Counted from the stretch's first letter, positions 44,142-55,495 are shown. The stretch: DNA of 64,000 nt from Pirellulales bacterium (GCA_963733035.1 CAVTBU010000006.1:416001-480000); one strand, 5' to 3'. Notes: generated by a model from the sequence alone, not told the origin. A program made the numbers and translations.

Positions 44142-45091
44142 ATGGACGAAAACTTGCAAGAGTTCGTAAGTTCGCGGGGCGTCGCGGTGCGGGTCGATCG
44201 CAACCTGGGTGTCATTCGCGGCGTCAAGTTACTGGGGCTCGAATCGCGCAACGGACGCCGCTATCTACCCGCCGCGCTGGCCCAGGCGGCTGCGCTCTAC
44301 GAGGGAGCCAAGGTCAACGTCAACCATCCCAAGGGAAGCCCGTTGGCGGCCCGCGACTATCAGGACCGGCTCGGGTCGATTCGCAGCGTGCGCAGTGCCG
44401 CCGACGGCCTGTTTGGCGACTTGCATTTCAATCCGAAACACGCCCTGGCCGAGCAGCTTGCCTGGGATGCCGAACAGCGCCGGAGAATGTCGGCTTTTCG
44501 CATAACGTCGAAGCCCGCACCGTGCGTCAGGATGGCCGCACGATCGTCGAGGCGATCCTGAAGGTGCAAAGCGTCGATCTGGTGGCCGATCCGGCGACGA
44601 CACACGGTTTGTACGAGGGTCTTGCGCCCGGCGAGGGGGCTTCGACACCGATCACGCTCTCAACAGCAACGCTGGAAGTGCTGCGCGCCGCTCGGCCCGA
44701 CCTGGTCGACGCCGTGCGCGCCGAAACGGCCGCCGAGCTGGTCAGCCTTCGCGAGCACGTCGTTCGCTTGCAGGGCGAAATCGAAGTTCGCCGGCGGCGC
44801 GAAACGGCGCAATCGTTGTTGCGGGAGTACCGACTTCCGGATCCCTCCCTGGCCGAGGCCGCCGCGCGACCGTTGGTCAGCGAGCAGTTCCTGGAAACCG
44901 TGCTGGCTGCGGCCGACGAATCGGCCATGCGACGGTTGGTCGAAGAGCGCGCCCAGCTAATCGCCGCGGCGCGGCTGTGCGAAGGCGAATCGTATCGCGG
45001 CGGCACGCGACCCGTTTCGCGCGAACAGCAGTGGAGCGAGCCGCGCACGCCAGCGCTCGATGCCCGTAGCTTCGCCCGCGCGATTTCCTGA
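44142..45091 (+). CDS. Prohead protease/scaffold, frameshift near 44478
   Basis: SRNGRRY, VNVNHP, GFSHNV (restored frame), SVDLVADPATT; helical C-terminus. Confidence 0.8.
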
Positions 45092-45150
45092 CGCAATTGT
45101 CCAATCAAAATTCCACCTACTCACACGTTTACTCAACGGAGAATCCACAA

Positions 45151-45627
45151 ATGGCCAACACGATGCGCTGGAGATACGGAGAAACCAATCCGGTTGTGCT
45201 GCCAATCGCCGCGGCGACGGTAATTGAGATCGGCGACCTGGTGTACTTGGATACGACGGCCAAGCCGGCCGGCGACCTTCCTTACGGGGCGAGCCTGGCC
45301 GCGACCCAGGAATCGTTCCACGACACGTTCGTGGGCGTGGCGATGCAGCAGTCGCGCACCGGCGATACCGCCGAGATCCGCGTGGCGACGACCGGCGTGT
45401 TTGAGTTTGTCTGTGCGTCGGCCACGTTCGAAGTTGGCGCCCGCATCGGAGCCGACGACAACGCCGGCGCCAGCGCGCTGGTCAACCAACAGGTGATCGC
45501 CGTCAACACGGCCAATCCCGAGCTGTCGATCGGCTACTGCGCCAAGCGCGTCAACCCGGCCGCCACTTCGGTGCTGGTCGACATCGTCGGCACGCTCACT
45601 CACGCCGGACCGCAGGCTGTCGCTTGA
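45151..45627 (+). CDS. Head decoration/cement protein
   Basis: IEIGDLV, FVGVA, IRVATTGVFEF; lies between protease and capsid genes. Confidence 0.65.
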   Translation: MANTMRWRYGETNPVVLPIAAATVIEIGDLVYLDTTAKPAGDLPYGASLAATQESFHDTFVGVAMQQSRTGDTAEIRVATTGVFEFVCASATFEVGARIGADDNAGASALVNQQVIAVNTANPELSIGYCAKRVNPAATSVLVDIVGTLTHAGPQAVA

Positions 45628-45688
45628 GGCGAGGCCGAGGCCGGACAATTTCGGAACGATCTTTCACTCTAGGCAGGAGATACACGAC

Positions 45689-46850
45689 GTGATCAAGATT
45701 AGCGAACTCAAACGCCGCTACGAACTTGACGGTCCGCGGCAGACGATCGCCCACCTGACCGAAGCGCTGCAGCAAGGCCATCTGCGGGCGGAAGATTTCA
45801 GCATTCGCGATCTGGCCGAAGGCCTGGTACCCGACGGCCACGAGTGGGTACGGCTGATGGACCCGCGCAGCGGCGGCAGCGTGCGGTGCTTGAAGCCGGC
45901 GAGGGCGTCGATGCGACGGCCTTTTTGAACATCACCGGCCAGGTCATTTATCAAAGATCATGGAGGCCTACACGCAGGAAGCGTTCGTCGTCTCGAGGCT
46001 GGTCGACACGATTCCGACGCGCTCGACGGCGAGAAGATTCCTGGGCATTGCCGGCCTGACCGACGGAGGACCACGAGATTCGCCCGGGCATGCCGTATCC
46101 GAGCTCGGCTTCGGCGAGGACTACATCGAAACGCCCTCGACCACCAAGCGCGGGTTCATCGTGCCGGTGACGAAGGAGGCGATCTTCTTCGATCGCACGC
46201 ACCTGGTGCTCAGCCGCGCGGCCGAGGTGGGCGAGATGCTGGGCTTGAACAAGGAGAAGCGATTGATCGACCTGGTGATCGGGGCGACGAACAACTACAA
46301 GTGGAACGGCACGACCTACAACACCTACCAGGCCGGCGACGCGCCGTGGATCAACGTCAACGACCGGCAACGAGCTGGTCGACTGGACCAACGTCGACGC
46401 GGCCGAGCAGCTGTTCGCCGACATCCTCGATCCCAACACGGGCGAGCCGGTGCTGGTCACAGGCCACCACGGTGCTGGTCATGCCGGCCTATCGTCACGC
46501 GGCCCATGCGCGTGTTCAACGCGCTGGAAGTTCGCTTCAATCCGGCGCCTCCGACACCACGACCGCTGGCGGCCAATCCGCTGGTCGAACTACCAGGTGG
46601 ACGAAAGCCGGCTGGCGTACGCCGCGTCATGGCCTCCGGCGCGGCGGCCGACGACGCCAAGAAGTGGTGGTTCATGGGCGATTTCCAGAAGGCGTTCGCC
46701 TACATGGAGAACTGGCCGATCACCGTCACGCAATCGCCGCAGGGCAGCGAGGCCGACTTCAACCAGGACATCGTCGTGCGGTTCAAGGCCAGCGAGCGCG
46801 GAGCGGCCGCCGTGCTCAATCCGCGTTACGTCGTCAAGTGCACGGGCTAG
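45689..46850 (+). CDS. Major capsid protein, multiple indels
   Basis: AGGAG RBS; fragments AFLNITGQ, TTKRGFIVPVTKEAIFFD, LVDWTNVDAAEQLF, VLVMP, WWFMGDF...VRFKASERGAAAVLNPR across frames. Confidence 0.8.
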
Positions 46851-46867
46851 CGACGCGCGGGGCGGGC

Positions 46868-46914
46868 ACCGGGGTGCGGCGGGCGGCCAAACACAAGCCG
46901 CCCGCGACCCCGGT
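46868..46914 (+). other. Long GC-rich hairpin after the capsid gene
   Basis: ACCGGGG..GCGGGCGGC-caaacacaa-GCCGCCCGC..CCCCGGT; no U tract. Confidence 0.6.
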
Positions 46915-46958
46915 TCGTCTGAAATGGACAAGGCGCCTCTTGGGAAAGGACAACTCGC

Positions 46959-47174
46959 ATGAGCAACGCAGAGCAGATCGAAACGATCAAAGCCAACACA
47001 CTCGCGCAGATGGCGGCCGTGTCGGCCGAACGTAAACCGAGCTACACCGAGAACGGTCAGACGTTTGCCTGGACCGAATATCTCGAACACTTGCAGCGTC
47101 GCGTCGACTGGTGCAACCAGCAACTCGCCGCCGAAGAGCCATTTGAAATTCCCACACAAGGATACACGCCATGA
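46959..47174 (+). CDS. Head-tail adaptor (gpW-like)
   Basis: 71 aa helix-hairpin-helix pattern (SYTENGQTF...YLEHL) directly after capsid. Confidence 0.55.
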   Translation: MSNAEQIETIKANTLAQMAAVSAERKPSYTENGQTFAWTEYLEHLQRRVDWCNQQLAAEEPFEIPTQGYTP

Positions 47175-47488
47175 ACTTCGTTCCCGATCTCGTGGACGAT
47201 TGTCTGCTGGTTGACGGCACCGAAACGGTCACCTTGCATTCGAGCAGCACCGTGACAGTGGAAGGGGCCAAACGGGGGCTACTTACCCTGGCCGAAATGG
47301 AGTTTCGCCAGGTCGGTCTGGAATCGACCGATCTGGCCTGGAACCTTCCCGCAATAAACCTGGGCAACATTAATCCACGCCAGGGCGACACGATCGAGGA
47401 CTCCACTGGCGTGAATTGGACAATCCTCGGCGCAACGCACACGCCGCTCACCGGTGTTTGGCGGGTCGTGACGCGCAGGCAGCTGTAA
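47171..47488 (+). CDS. Head closure/head-tail joining protein
   Basis: 105 aa beta-rich, PRQGDTI...WTI; gene position. Confidence 0.55.
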   Translation: MNFVPDLVDDCLLVDGTETVTLHSSSTVTVEGAKRGLLTLAEMEFRQVGLESTDLAWNLPAINLGNINPRQGDTIEDSTGVNWTILGATHTPLTGVWRVVTRRQL

Positions 47489-47551
47489 GGCCCTCGGGTC
47501 CGTCATCGTGAACGTCCACGTTGTTCGTTCCTTCCAACGGATGCGCGGTAC

Positions 47552-48084
47552 ATGCCGCGCGATACAAGCATGATCACTATCACAGCAGCCACGCTCGGCG
47601 ACAGTTCGACAATCGCGGCTCTATGGAATGTCAAACGGCTGGACGCCGCCTCGTGTTGGTTTGGCGCCGAGGAAATCGACGACAATTACATTGCGAAGTT
47701 GTTGTCGTCCGGCATGACCCTCGCGTTGCGCGAGTTGATGGCTTGCCTGTCGGGTTTGGCCTCTGGTGTCCATCTGGAAACGAAGCCCGGCTCGTGGCCC
47801 TCGCCGCGGACGACGAGGAAGTGTACTACCGGCTGATGGCCGAGTACTGCCAGTGGGGAACTGCCTCGAATCGACCGACGGGCTTTGCCGAGTTGGGAAC
47901 CGCGGCCACGACCGAGCGCGCACGAATGGATGCCCTTGGCGTGATCACGTACACCGCGATTGGCTTCGAGCCGCTCTTGCCCGGACAAGCGGCCGACCAA
48001 CGGGTTCCGCAACTACTGCGTGCCGAATGCGATCTGACGCTGCTCACCGCGGCTGTCGGTAGTCGGTTGGAGGACCTGTCGTGA
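47552..48084 (+). CDS. Hypothetical protein, weak GNAT-like N-terminus, frameshift near 47725
   Basis: ITAATLGDSSTIAALWN... joins ARVDGLPVGFGLW...; stop overlaps next start. Confidence 0.5.
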
Positions 48085-49394
48085 GCCAACAACTCGTCCT
48101 GCAACCGGACTCCGCAGCCGGTGTTGACGTCCATATCAGCAGTGGTTCGAACGCAACCGTCAACCTCGGGGGGGCGTCCGTTGCGATCATCGGCACCTCC
48201 CAGGCATCGAAGGCGCTCGCCTTTTACCGACTCCTCTTGCGGTTCGACCTCGCTGCGTTTCCTCCGGGCGCGGTCGTAACCGGCGCGACATTGACGCTCA
48301 CCTCGGCCGCGTCGCTCAATGCGGTTGGGCTCACGTTCTATGCCTATCGTTTGACACAGGATGATTGGACCGAGTTTGGGGCTACCTGGAATGTTTACGA
48401 CGGGGTGCACGCTTGGCAGAACGCAGGTGGCGACGTCACGACGGTGGGAGCCGCTTCGGAAAACCTATCCGCTGGCGACGCCGATCTGGTGTTTGCATCC
48501 TTGGCGGTGCTGGTTGCTGACGCGGTTTCGAATCGGAACGGGGTGCTCGATTTGATGGTGGTGGGTCCCGAAACGAGCGAGTCGAGCTATCTGGCAGTTT
48601 CCACTTCGGACGAGTCCTTGGCCGATCGCCGTCCCAAGTTGACCATCACGTACGCCGCCCCTCCCGGCCTGAGCATCGAAGATCACAGTGACGCCTCGGG
48701 GGCCACGGCCACGATTGTTGCCGTGGATCCGGAGGCCACGACAACGGTACTGGTTCTCGCGTTTGAGGGCGATTTGGGAACCGGAGCGTGGAGCGTCGCC
48801 GGTTCCGTCGAGGGAAACGGCGAGGTGCTGCTGACCCTCTCCCCCGGGCACTACTTTGCTTACGCCGTTTCGAGCATTGGCAGTGTGCGGGTGCCGTCGC
48901 CTGTCGTGTACTTCGTCGTCACCGATGGACTCGAGTCCATCCACACGCGCTGTCTGGCGGCCGTGCAAGCCCGCATACGACTCTTGGGATTGGCGGGTAT
49001 CGACAGCGAGCACGTGCTGATCGAAAAAGTTCCGGCCGGGCGTAATCTGTCGACCGCCATTGGGCTGCCCGCCATCGTGCTCTCTCCGGAACGGGCGGCC
49101 ATGCCGGCCGCCGAGGGAACCAACGGTGCAGACGACGTCCACTACGGCGTGCTGGTGTCGATCTTTGATCGCGACAACCAGGAGCCCTCGCTTGGGGCGA
49201 ACCTCGACCGTCACCTGTTGTGGCGGCAGCAAATCGCCCGGGCATTTCGAAATCAGCGGCTACCGGGTGTGCCGGAAGTCATCAACTCGGAAGTCGAGCC
49301 GGCCGAGGGACTGCTCGACGAGGCGTGGAAACGCGAACTGATGACCACCGCCATGCGGTTGCGGTTTACCAGTCGCGAATCGCGGGGATTTTAA
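48081..49394 (+). CDS. DNRLRE (CBM96-like) domain fused to a putative tail-completion domain
   Basis: LQPD..VDVHI, LLRFDLAAFPPGAVVTGATLTL, WTEFGATWN, AGGD, RPKLTITY; C-terminal LPAIVL...YGVLV domain just before tail tube. Confidence 0.7.
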   Translation: MSQQLVLQPDSAAGVDVHISSGSNATVNLGGASVAIIGTSQASKALAFYRLLLRFDLAAFPPGAVVTGATLTLTSAASLNAVGLTFYAYRLTQDDWTEFGATWNVYDGVHAWQNAGGDVTTVGAASENLSAGDADLVFASLAVLVADAVSNRNGVLDLMVVGPETSESSYLAVSTSDESLADRRPKLTITYAAPPGLSIEDHSDASGATATIVAVDPEATTTVLVLAFEGDLGTGAWSVAGSVEGNGEVLLTLSPGHYFAYAVSSIGSVRVPSPVVYFVVTDGLESIHTRCLAAVQARIRLLGLAGIDSEHVLIEKVPAGRNLSTAIGLPAIVLSPERAAMPAAEGTNGADDVHYGVLVSIFDRDNQEPSLGANLDRHLLWRQQIARAFRNQRLPGVPEVINSEVEPAEGLLDEAWKRELMTTAMRLRFTSRESRGF

Positions 49395-49413
49395 ATAGGA
49401 GACAAACCAAACC

Positions 49414-50334
49414 ATGGCACCGACTACGGCCTCGATGGGCTATCAGGCCCGACTGGGCACCAAAAACGAAGCCACTTACGGCACGGCCGTCGCCGTGGAC
49501 GAAGCATTCGTATTTACCAGCGAAAATATTGTCAAGCATGGCGTGATTGTCGAGCGAACGGGACTGCGCGGTACCGCAGCCACCAAGCCGACGATGCTCG
49601 CATCGGACCCTACACGGTGGGCGGCCGGCTGGTGCTGGAGCCCACACCCCAAGACCTTTCCGTTTGGCTGCCACGGATCCTTGGCGCCGCGCCCGACGGT
49701 GCGGACTTCAACCTGGCCGAAACGCTGCCGAGCTTCACGCTCACGATCGATCGCGTGGCCAAGGTGTTCACCTATGCCGGTTGCAAGGTGAATCGCGCCA
49801 CGTTTTCCGGTTCGCAAGGCGGCCTGCTGCAATTGTCTCTCGACATCGTGGCCAAGTCTGAAGTTGTGGCGGCGGCCGGCACGTTCCCATCGCTTTCAAC
49901 GAGCGTCGCCCAACCGTACATCTTTTCCGACCTCGATCTCACATTGGCCTCCACCGCGCGGGAAGTGAAGGAGTTCGAGTTGTCGATCGACAACGGACTG
50001 ATTACCGATCGGTTCATGAACTCGGTGACGATCGTCAGCGCTCCCGAGGGGGACCGCAGCATCATGCTTCGTACGACGCACGCCTGGGCGGCGAGCAACA
50101 CCGATTTGTATGCCCAGGCATTGGCCGGTGCTCCGGGCACGTTGCAACTGACCAACGCGTTGGGCGCGCACCGCCGGCCGGCTATCAGACGACGTTTAGT
50201 TTTGCCACGCTGCAGGTACCCGATCGCAGCCCGAACGTGCCGGGCCGTAACGAGCTGTATCTAAACCTGGAAATGGCCCGCGCCGGATGGGGGCCTCGCC
50301 CGAGCTTTCCGTCACCCACGACGCCACGCCGTAG
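49414..50334 (+). CDS. Tail tube (major tail) protein, several indels
   Basis: AGGAG RBS; LGTKNEATYGT, GLRGT, LPSFTLTIDR, YAGCKVN, FELSIDNGL; ends ELSVTHDATP-stop. Confidence 0.75.
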
Positions 50335-50358
50335 TTCTCCCTTCAAGACGGATGAATC

Positions 50359-51087
50359 ATGTATCTCAAATATGGAACGTACCAGCATCCGCCGGGCGAA
50401 GCGTCGGTGGTGATTTCCAAACAGGGGCTGTTCAGCGACGCGGGCCTGCCGCAGGGCGTCCGCGAGCGATGGGACATACAAGGGCGCTTGCAAGCAGCGG
50501 ATCAAACGGCGCTCTCGGCCGCGATCGATGCCCTCACTTCGGCCTACGCTATACAGGGGCAGGACCTCGGCTTCTACTTCGACGACGGACAGCCCTCGAG
50601 CCATCAGATCACCGGCTCTTCGACCAACGGCGGAGTGCGTGTTGTCATGCCGCCGAGCTTTCCGCAAGGGAAGGGAGCCGAGTACTCGACTTTTCGCAAC
50701 TACGCGATCTCGCTGGAAGCCGAACTGCTGGACAGCGGTGCCACGCTCATCCAGTGGAACGAGCGGCTCAACTTCTCGGGAGGCGGCCCCCAGTTTGCCT
50801 TCCTGCAACCGATTAACGGGTTGCCAATCAAACAATTGCTCCGGCAGGCCACTCCGTATCACGCTGCGCAAAGCGGCGAAGCCGTCGGCTATCAGGCCTA
50901 TCCCACACCAGCGCTGCCACTGTGGCCCGACGCCGAACACGTGAACCAACGCGAGGTTCACTACGAGCTTCCCAAACGTATGGGACCACCCGGTAGCGCC
51001 ACCTACACACACTATCGGGTCACCTGGGCCTATCGCTTCGAGTCGGCCACGCCGCTGGTCGGAGCGCCGACCGGCTGGCCGTCGTGA
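50359..51087 (+). CDS. Putative distal-tail-like structural protein
   Basis: Intact 242-aa ORF after tail tube, beta/aromatic-rich; function inferred from position. Confidence 0.55.
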   Translation: MYLKYGTYQHPPGEASVVISKQGLFSDAGLPQGVRERWDIQGRLQAADQTALSAAIDALTSAYAIQGQDLGFYFDDGQPSSHQITGSSTNGGVRVVMPPSFPQGKGAEYSTFRNYAISLEAELLDSGATLIQWNERLNFSGGGPQFAFLQPINGLPIKQLLRQATPYHAAQSGEAVGYQAYPTPALPLWPDAEHVNQREVHYELPKRMGPPGSATYTHYRVTWAYRFESATPLVGAPTGWPS

Positions 51088-51126
51088 TGACTAACACATC
51101 AACTTCATAGGTAATTCAACCGACAC

Positions 51127-52959
51127 ATGACCGTACCGCAAGGATTGGCTGCATTTCCGGGCATCGATCAACTGATCTCGGCATCAATTACGCTGAGCCA
51201 CGGCATCTCACCCAGCACTGCCAGACTAACGATGGCCCCGCAGGCCACGCCGCCCGCCGAGCTCGGCACGCTGCAATTTGTGTTGGGAACAGCGGTCGTC
51301 GAATTCCCGGAATGCAAAGTCGATCACGGCAGCTACCAGCGGAGCGACAGCGGCGAGTTCTGGCAAGTGTCGCTGCTCGACCGCCGCTGGAAATGGCGGT
51401 TTGGCCAAGTCTCAGGTCGATTCAACGTGTGGCGAGACAACGCCACACTTCAGAACGGCGATCCAGCCGGCTCATAGGTTCCGGCTTGGTGACCGACACC
51501 GAGCGCACACCGCAGGAATTGGCGGAGTTATATCTCAATGCCATGGGCGAAGTGGACTACGACATTTCCGAGTTGCCCGACGATACTCGACCCCCGGTCG
51601 ATCACGACTATGACAATCCGGCTGAGGCCCTGGCCGCATTGTGCGAAAGCCTGGGTTGCCGGATCGTGCTGCAACTCGACAACACGGTCAAACTAGTTCG
51701 CAGTGGCGCGGGAGCCGGCCTGCCTGCCGAATTCCTTTTGGAAGACAGCCTGACCATCGACCTGCCGGAAAAGCCGGACAAGATTGCAGTCGTCTGCGGG
51801 CCCAGCTTGTATCAGGTGGATTTTCCGCTGGAAGCAGTGGGACTCGACCGCGACACGACGTCCGGGGGCGACCCGACCGATACGATCAAGCCGATCGACG
51901 AGTTGAGCTACAAGCCGTCGGGCGGTTGGGGACAGATCGACTTGCCCTTGTTTGCTGATCTGTCGGCCGCCGACGACGAGGAGGATGTAAGCGGCTTGCG
52001 ACTCCCTGGCCACCAAGAGCGTCTTTCGCTACTACCGTATCAAACTTCCGATCAAGGTGCCCGGCTACGACGGTGATTCCGACGGATTGGTGACGAAACG
52101 CGAACAGCTCCTGCCGCTCTTCGAAGAGCAGGTTGTTTCGGCGGTCGAAAACGACGACAGCGTGCCGCTGCCCGCGGCCGTGTTCGGAGTGTGGTATCCA
52201 GGCCTCGACGATCAAACGAATACCGCCGAGCAACTTGCGCCGCTCGGAAATTCACCACCCGCGGCAGGTCCCGGCGGGACGTACAAGTCGCCGTTCTACA
52301 ATCGCGGCTTCACGCTAGACGCTGCCCGCGGTCTTGTGATTTTCAACGAGCCCGTCTACAAGAACGCCACGCCCAATGCGGCCAAAGTTACTCCGGAGCC
52401 TGCGCAGCTGGTGCTACGCACAAAGTGCCAGGTGCGCGACGCCGAGACGCTGACATTGTCACGTCACATTCGCGAGCGATCGACGGACTCGTCGCTCGGC
52501 ACGCAAACACAGTTCATCCGCCGCGATGAATTGACCGTAACCCACGTGCCAACGTATTCGGCCGCGACGTACGCCGAGGTACCAACGGCAGGTGCCGATC
52601 CGCGAGTCGTCGACGACGTGGAATCCACCGTTGACGACGTGAATGCCGCCTGCGACTACTATATCGACGCCGCGCTTGAGGAATATCAGCAGCCCGAACC
52701 GCGACAAGTCCGGACCGCGGGCATTTACCCCATCGATCTCGACGGCGCGATTGCGCAGGTCACCTATCAGATTGGCCCCTCCGGCGCGACGACTACCGTC
52801 GCCCGGGGGAGCGAACCATCGAGTTTCGCGGCCAGTCACGGCGAACGACGGCGCGCCGAGTTGTCTCGCGAGGCCAACAGGGAAGTTCGCAGGCGGCGCT
52901 CCGGCACCACCGGCCGTACCACACGTCGCGAGGCCGCTGCACGGAGGCAGGCACGATGA
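51127..52959 (+). CDS. Putative tail hub/tip protein, frameshifts near 51475 and 52005
   Basis: Three consecutive protein-like fragments (LLDRRWKW; PAEALAALCESLGCRIV; LDGAIAQVTY). Confidence 0.55.
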
Positions 52960-55480
52960 ATCACGACAATCCACACTCGCTCGCCCGGCCGCTGCCGTTT
53001 CGCAACGTCTCGGGCGAAACCGTTCCAGCCTTTGCTGTCATGGCGATCCAGGGCTTGTCGACGGAAAACGGCATGGCCGTTTTGCAGTGCGGCCAGCCCG
53101 ACACGACTTTTCGCCGGCACTACGCGGTAAATGGCATCCAAGACGTGCCGGCGGGCCGACGTGGTAGTTGCTTTCGCGCCGGCGACGTACGCGTAAGCTA
53201 CGGATCGGGCACGCCCGAGCCGGGCGAGGGATGGGGACCCAAGCCCGGCAGTTGGGCATGGCCCAGGGATTTCCGGGTAGCACAATTCAAGGAATTGTCG
53301 ACGCGTCGCACAATATCGCGCGGATCGATTGTGAACCGATCGATCGCGCGTGGTGAAAACGACGGCAACCGTAGCGACCGATTCGAGTACCACGGACTAT
53401 CGCATTCATGCCGGGCCGGCGGGAAGCGAAATCGACGCCGGCTTTACCAACGTTCCCGCGGCCCACAATCGTAGCGGCCAGGTAATCGCCAGCGGCCAAT
53501 GGGCCTACCTTGTGTGGATCAACAATGGCTGGGAGATCCAGCCTATGCGACAGGCCGCGCTGTGTGCGGTGCCACCGTGCGGCGAGGGCATTCCCGCGAG
53601 CGGCGAGCAGCCCGGAGCGAATGTTTGTTGCCTGTTTACGATCGCCGCCGGCACGCTTGTTCCGGTGCTCGATGAGGAAGGGGCTCAGCTCAGGGCAACG
53701 GTGTACAACGTTCGCGAGATGGCAATTCCCCCGCTGGAGCCGCCCAATGAGCGGTATTTGCTGGTGTATGCGGATCCCAGCGGACGTTGGGTGTGCGAAG
53801 TGCCCGACACCAGTTCCGCCCACGAGCGCGTCGACCGCGACGACCAGTACCACAACGACGACCACGCTCGCGCCTTGCGCGGGAACCTGCAAATGGGTCT
53901 GGAATGATACGGATTCGGTGTGGGAGCTCGACGACAACAACTGTGCGACGGGCAGCTGGGTTACGTCGCCAGAACCGACCACGACCACGCCCGCTCCCGA
54001 CTGTCTTTGCCCCACGACAACGACGACCAGCACGACCGGCGATCCGAGCACCACGACGACGACCAGCACGACGACCACGACGCCATCGCCGTGCGATTGC
54101 GTGTATCCCGGCTACTGCGGCAGCACGGCCGGCGAGTGCACGTACACCTCCTGCGCTTCGGGCAACCAGAGCCCCTCAGTCGAGTGCACGACGACCACGA
54201 CCACCACGACGACCAGCTGCGACTGCAACACCACGACCACGGCGGATCCTGGGCCAGGCTGTAGCGATTGCAGCTGGTTCGATCACCCCGTCTATGGTTG
54301 GCAGAAGACGAGCGACGGGTGCCTGGGCGATTGCAGTTGCTCGCCGCCCGGCGGCGGCAGCGGCGATTGCAGCGCTGCGAGCACGCCTTGCGTCCCCGAT
54401 CCCATCATACCGCTGCCGCCGTGCGTGGGGTCGTGCGAGTGGCTGTGTATCCCCGAGCAGGGCTGGTGGCTCCGCAGCAACGGCTGTCCCGGTTCGTCGT
54501 CGACGGGCCCTTGCTTTTGCATTCCGCCCAGCGTTCCCTGCGACGTGTGCGGAGCGCCGCTCTCCACGGGGTGTCAGAGTCCGACCACGACCACACAGCC
54601 GCCGGGCAGTTGTCCGCAGTGCTATTCGACCACGACCAGTACCACCACGACGACGACCGCGGATCCCTGCGGCACGGGCTGCTTGTGGGACGGCAGCACG
54701 AGTGGCGACTGGACACTGTCGGCGAACCATTGCAGCCCGGGATGCGACTGCCTGCCTCCCTCATATGATGCCACCGACGATTGCGAGACGGCTCACACCC
54801 AGTGCTATCCGGGCCTGACCACGACGACGACCACCACAACCACCACGACCACGACGAGCACCACCACGACAACCGCGGAGCCCTGGTGGTGCGTGACCGC
54901 CGGCGGATGCGACGAGGCGAGCTGCCTGCAGGGGCAGGAATCGGACTTCTCCAGCATCACGATCTGTAGCGGTCCGCATGCCGACGAGGCGACGTGCATC
55001 GCCGATCCCTGCCCGCAGCCCACCACGACGACCACGACGACGACTTCCACTACCACGACGCCTGCTCCCTACTGGTGTTGTGACGATGGGCTGGGCGGCG
55101 TATGCGTTCAAGAATCCGGCGGGCCATGCAGCGGCTACAGCGGGACGCTCAGCGGGCCTTACGCGGATTCCACAGCCTGCGCCGCGGCCTGTGACACCAC
55201 CACAACGAGCACAACCACCACGACCACCTGCGATCCGCTTAACGATTGCACCGCCGGTCCCAGCCAGTGCGCGGTCGCCTGTAACAACTTCGTCTACGAG
55301 GTGACCGATCTGTGCATCGCCAACGGCAATGGCTGCGTGTGCGATTTGCCGCCGGACGCGATCGCCGTCCTGGGACAACCGTGCACGGAGGCTTATGGAA
55401 TTTACTCATGCTGCAATCAGTGCCCGGGCGCAAGCGTCTCGGTTTGCACGAATACCACCACCACGACTCCCGCCCCCTGA
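52956..55480 (+). CDS. Putative tail fibre/adhesin with Cys-rich modules and poly-Thr linkers, indels near 53255, 53350 and 53820
   Basis: N-terminal FRNVSGETVPAFAVM domain; C-terminal ~550 aa with about 60 Cys (hand count) and Thr tracts up to 13 residues. Confidence 0.7.
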
Positions 55481-55495
55481 CAAGGAGAAAAGTGT

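Noticed and set aside
48081..52959. Contractile injection system or tailocin
   Set aside because: No sheath or baseplate wedge genes recognised, and a full head-packaging module is present.
39340..53830. Programmed ribosomal frameshifts
   Set aside because: Shifts are too many, fall mid-domain, lack evident slippery heptamers, and also occur in host genes.
54818..54875. Phase-variable microsatellite
   Set aside because: Thr tracts use mixed codons and stay in frame; not a pure nucleotide repeat.
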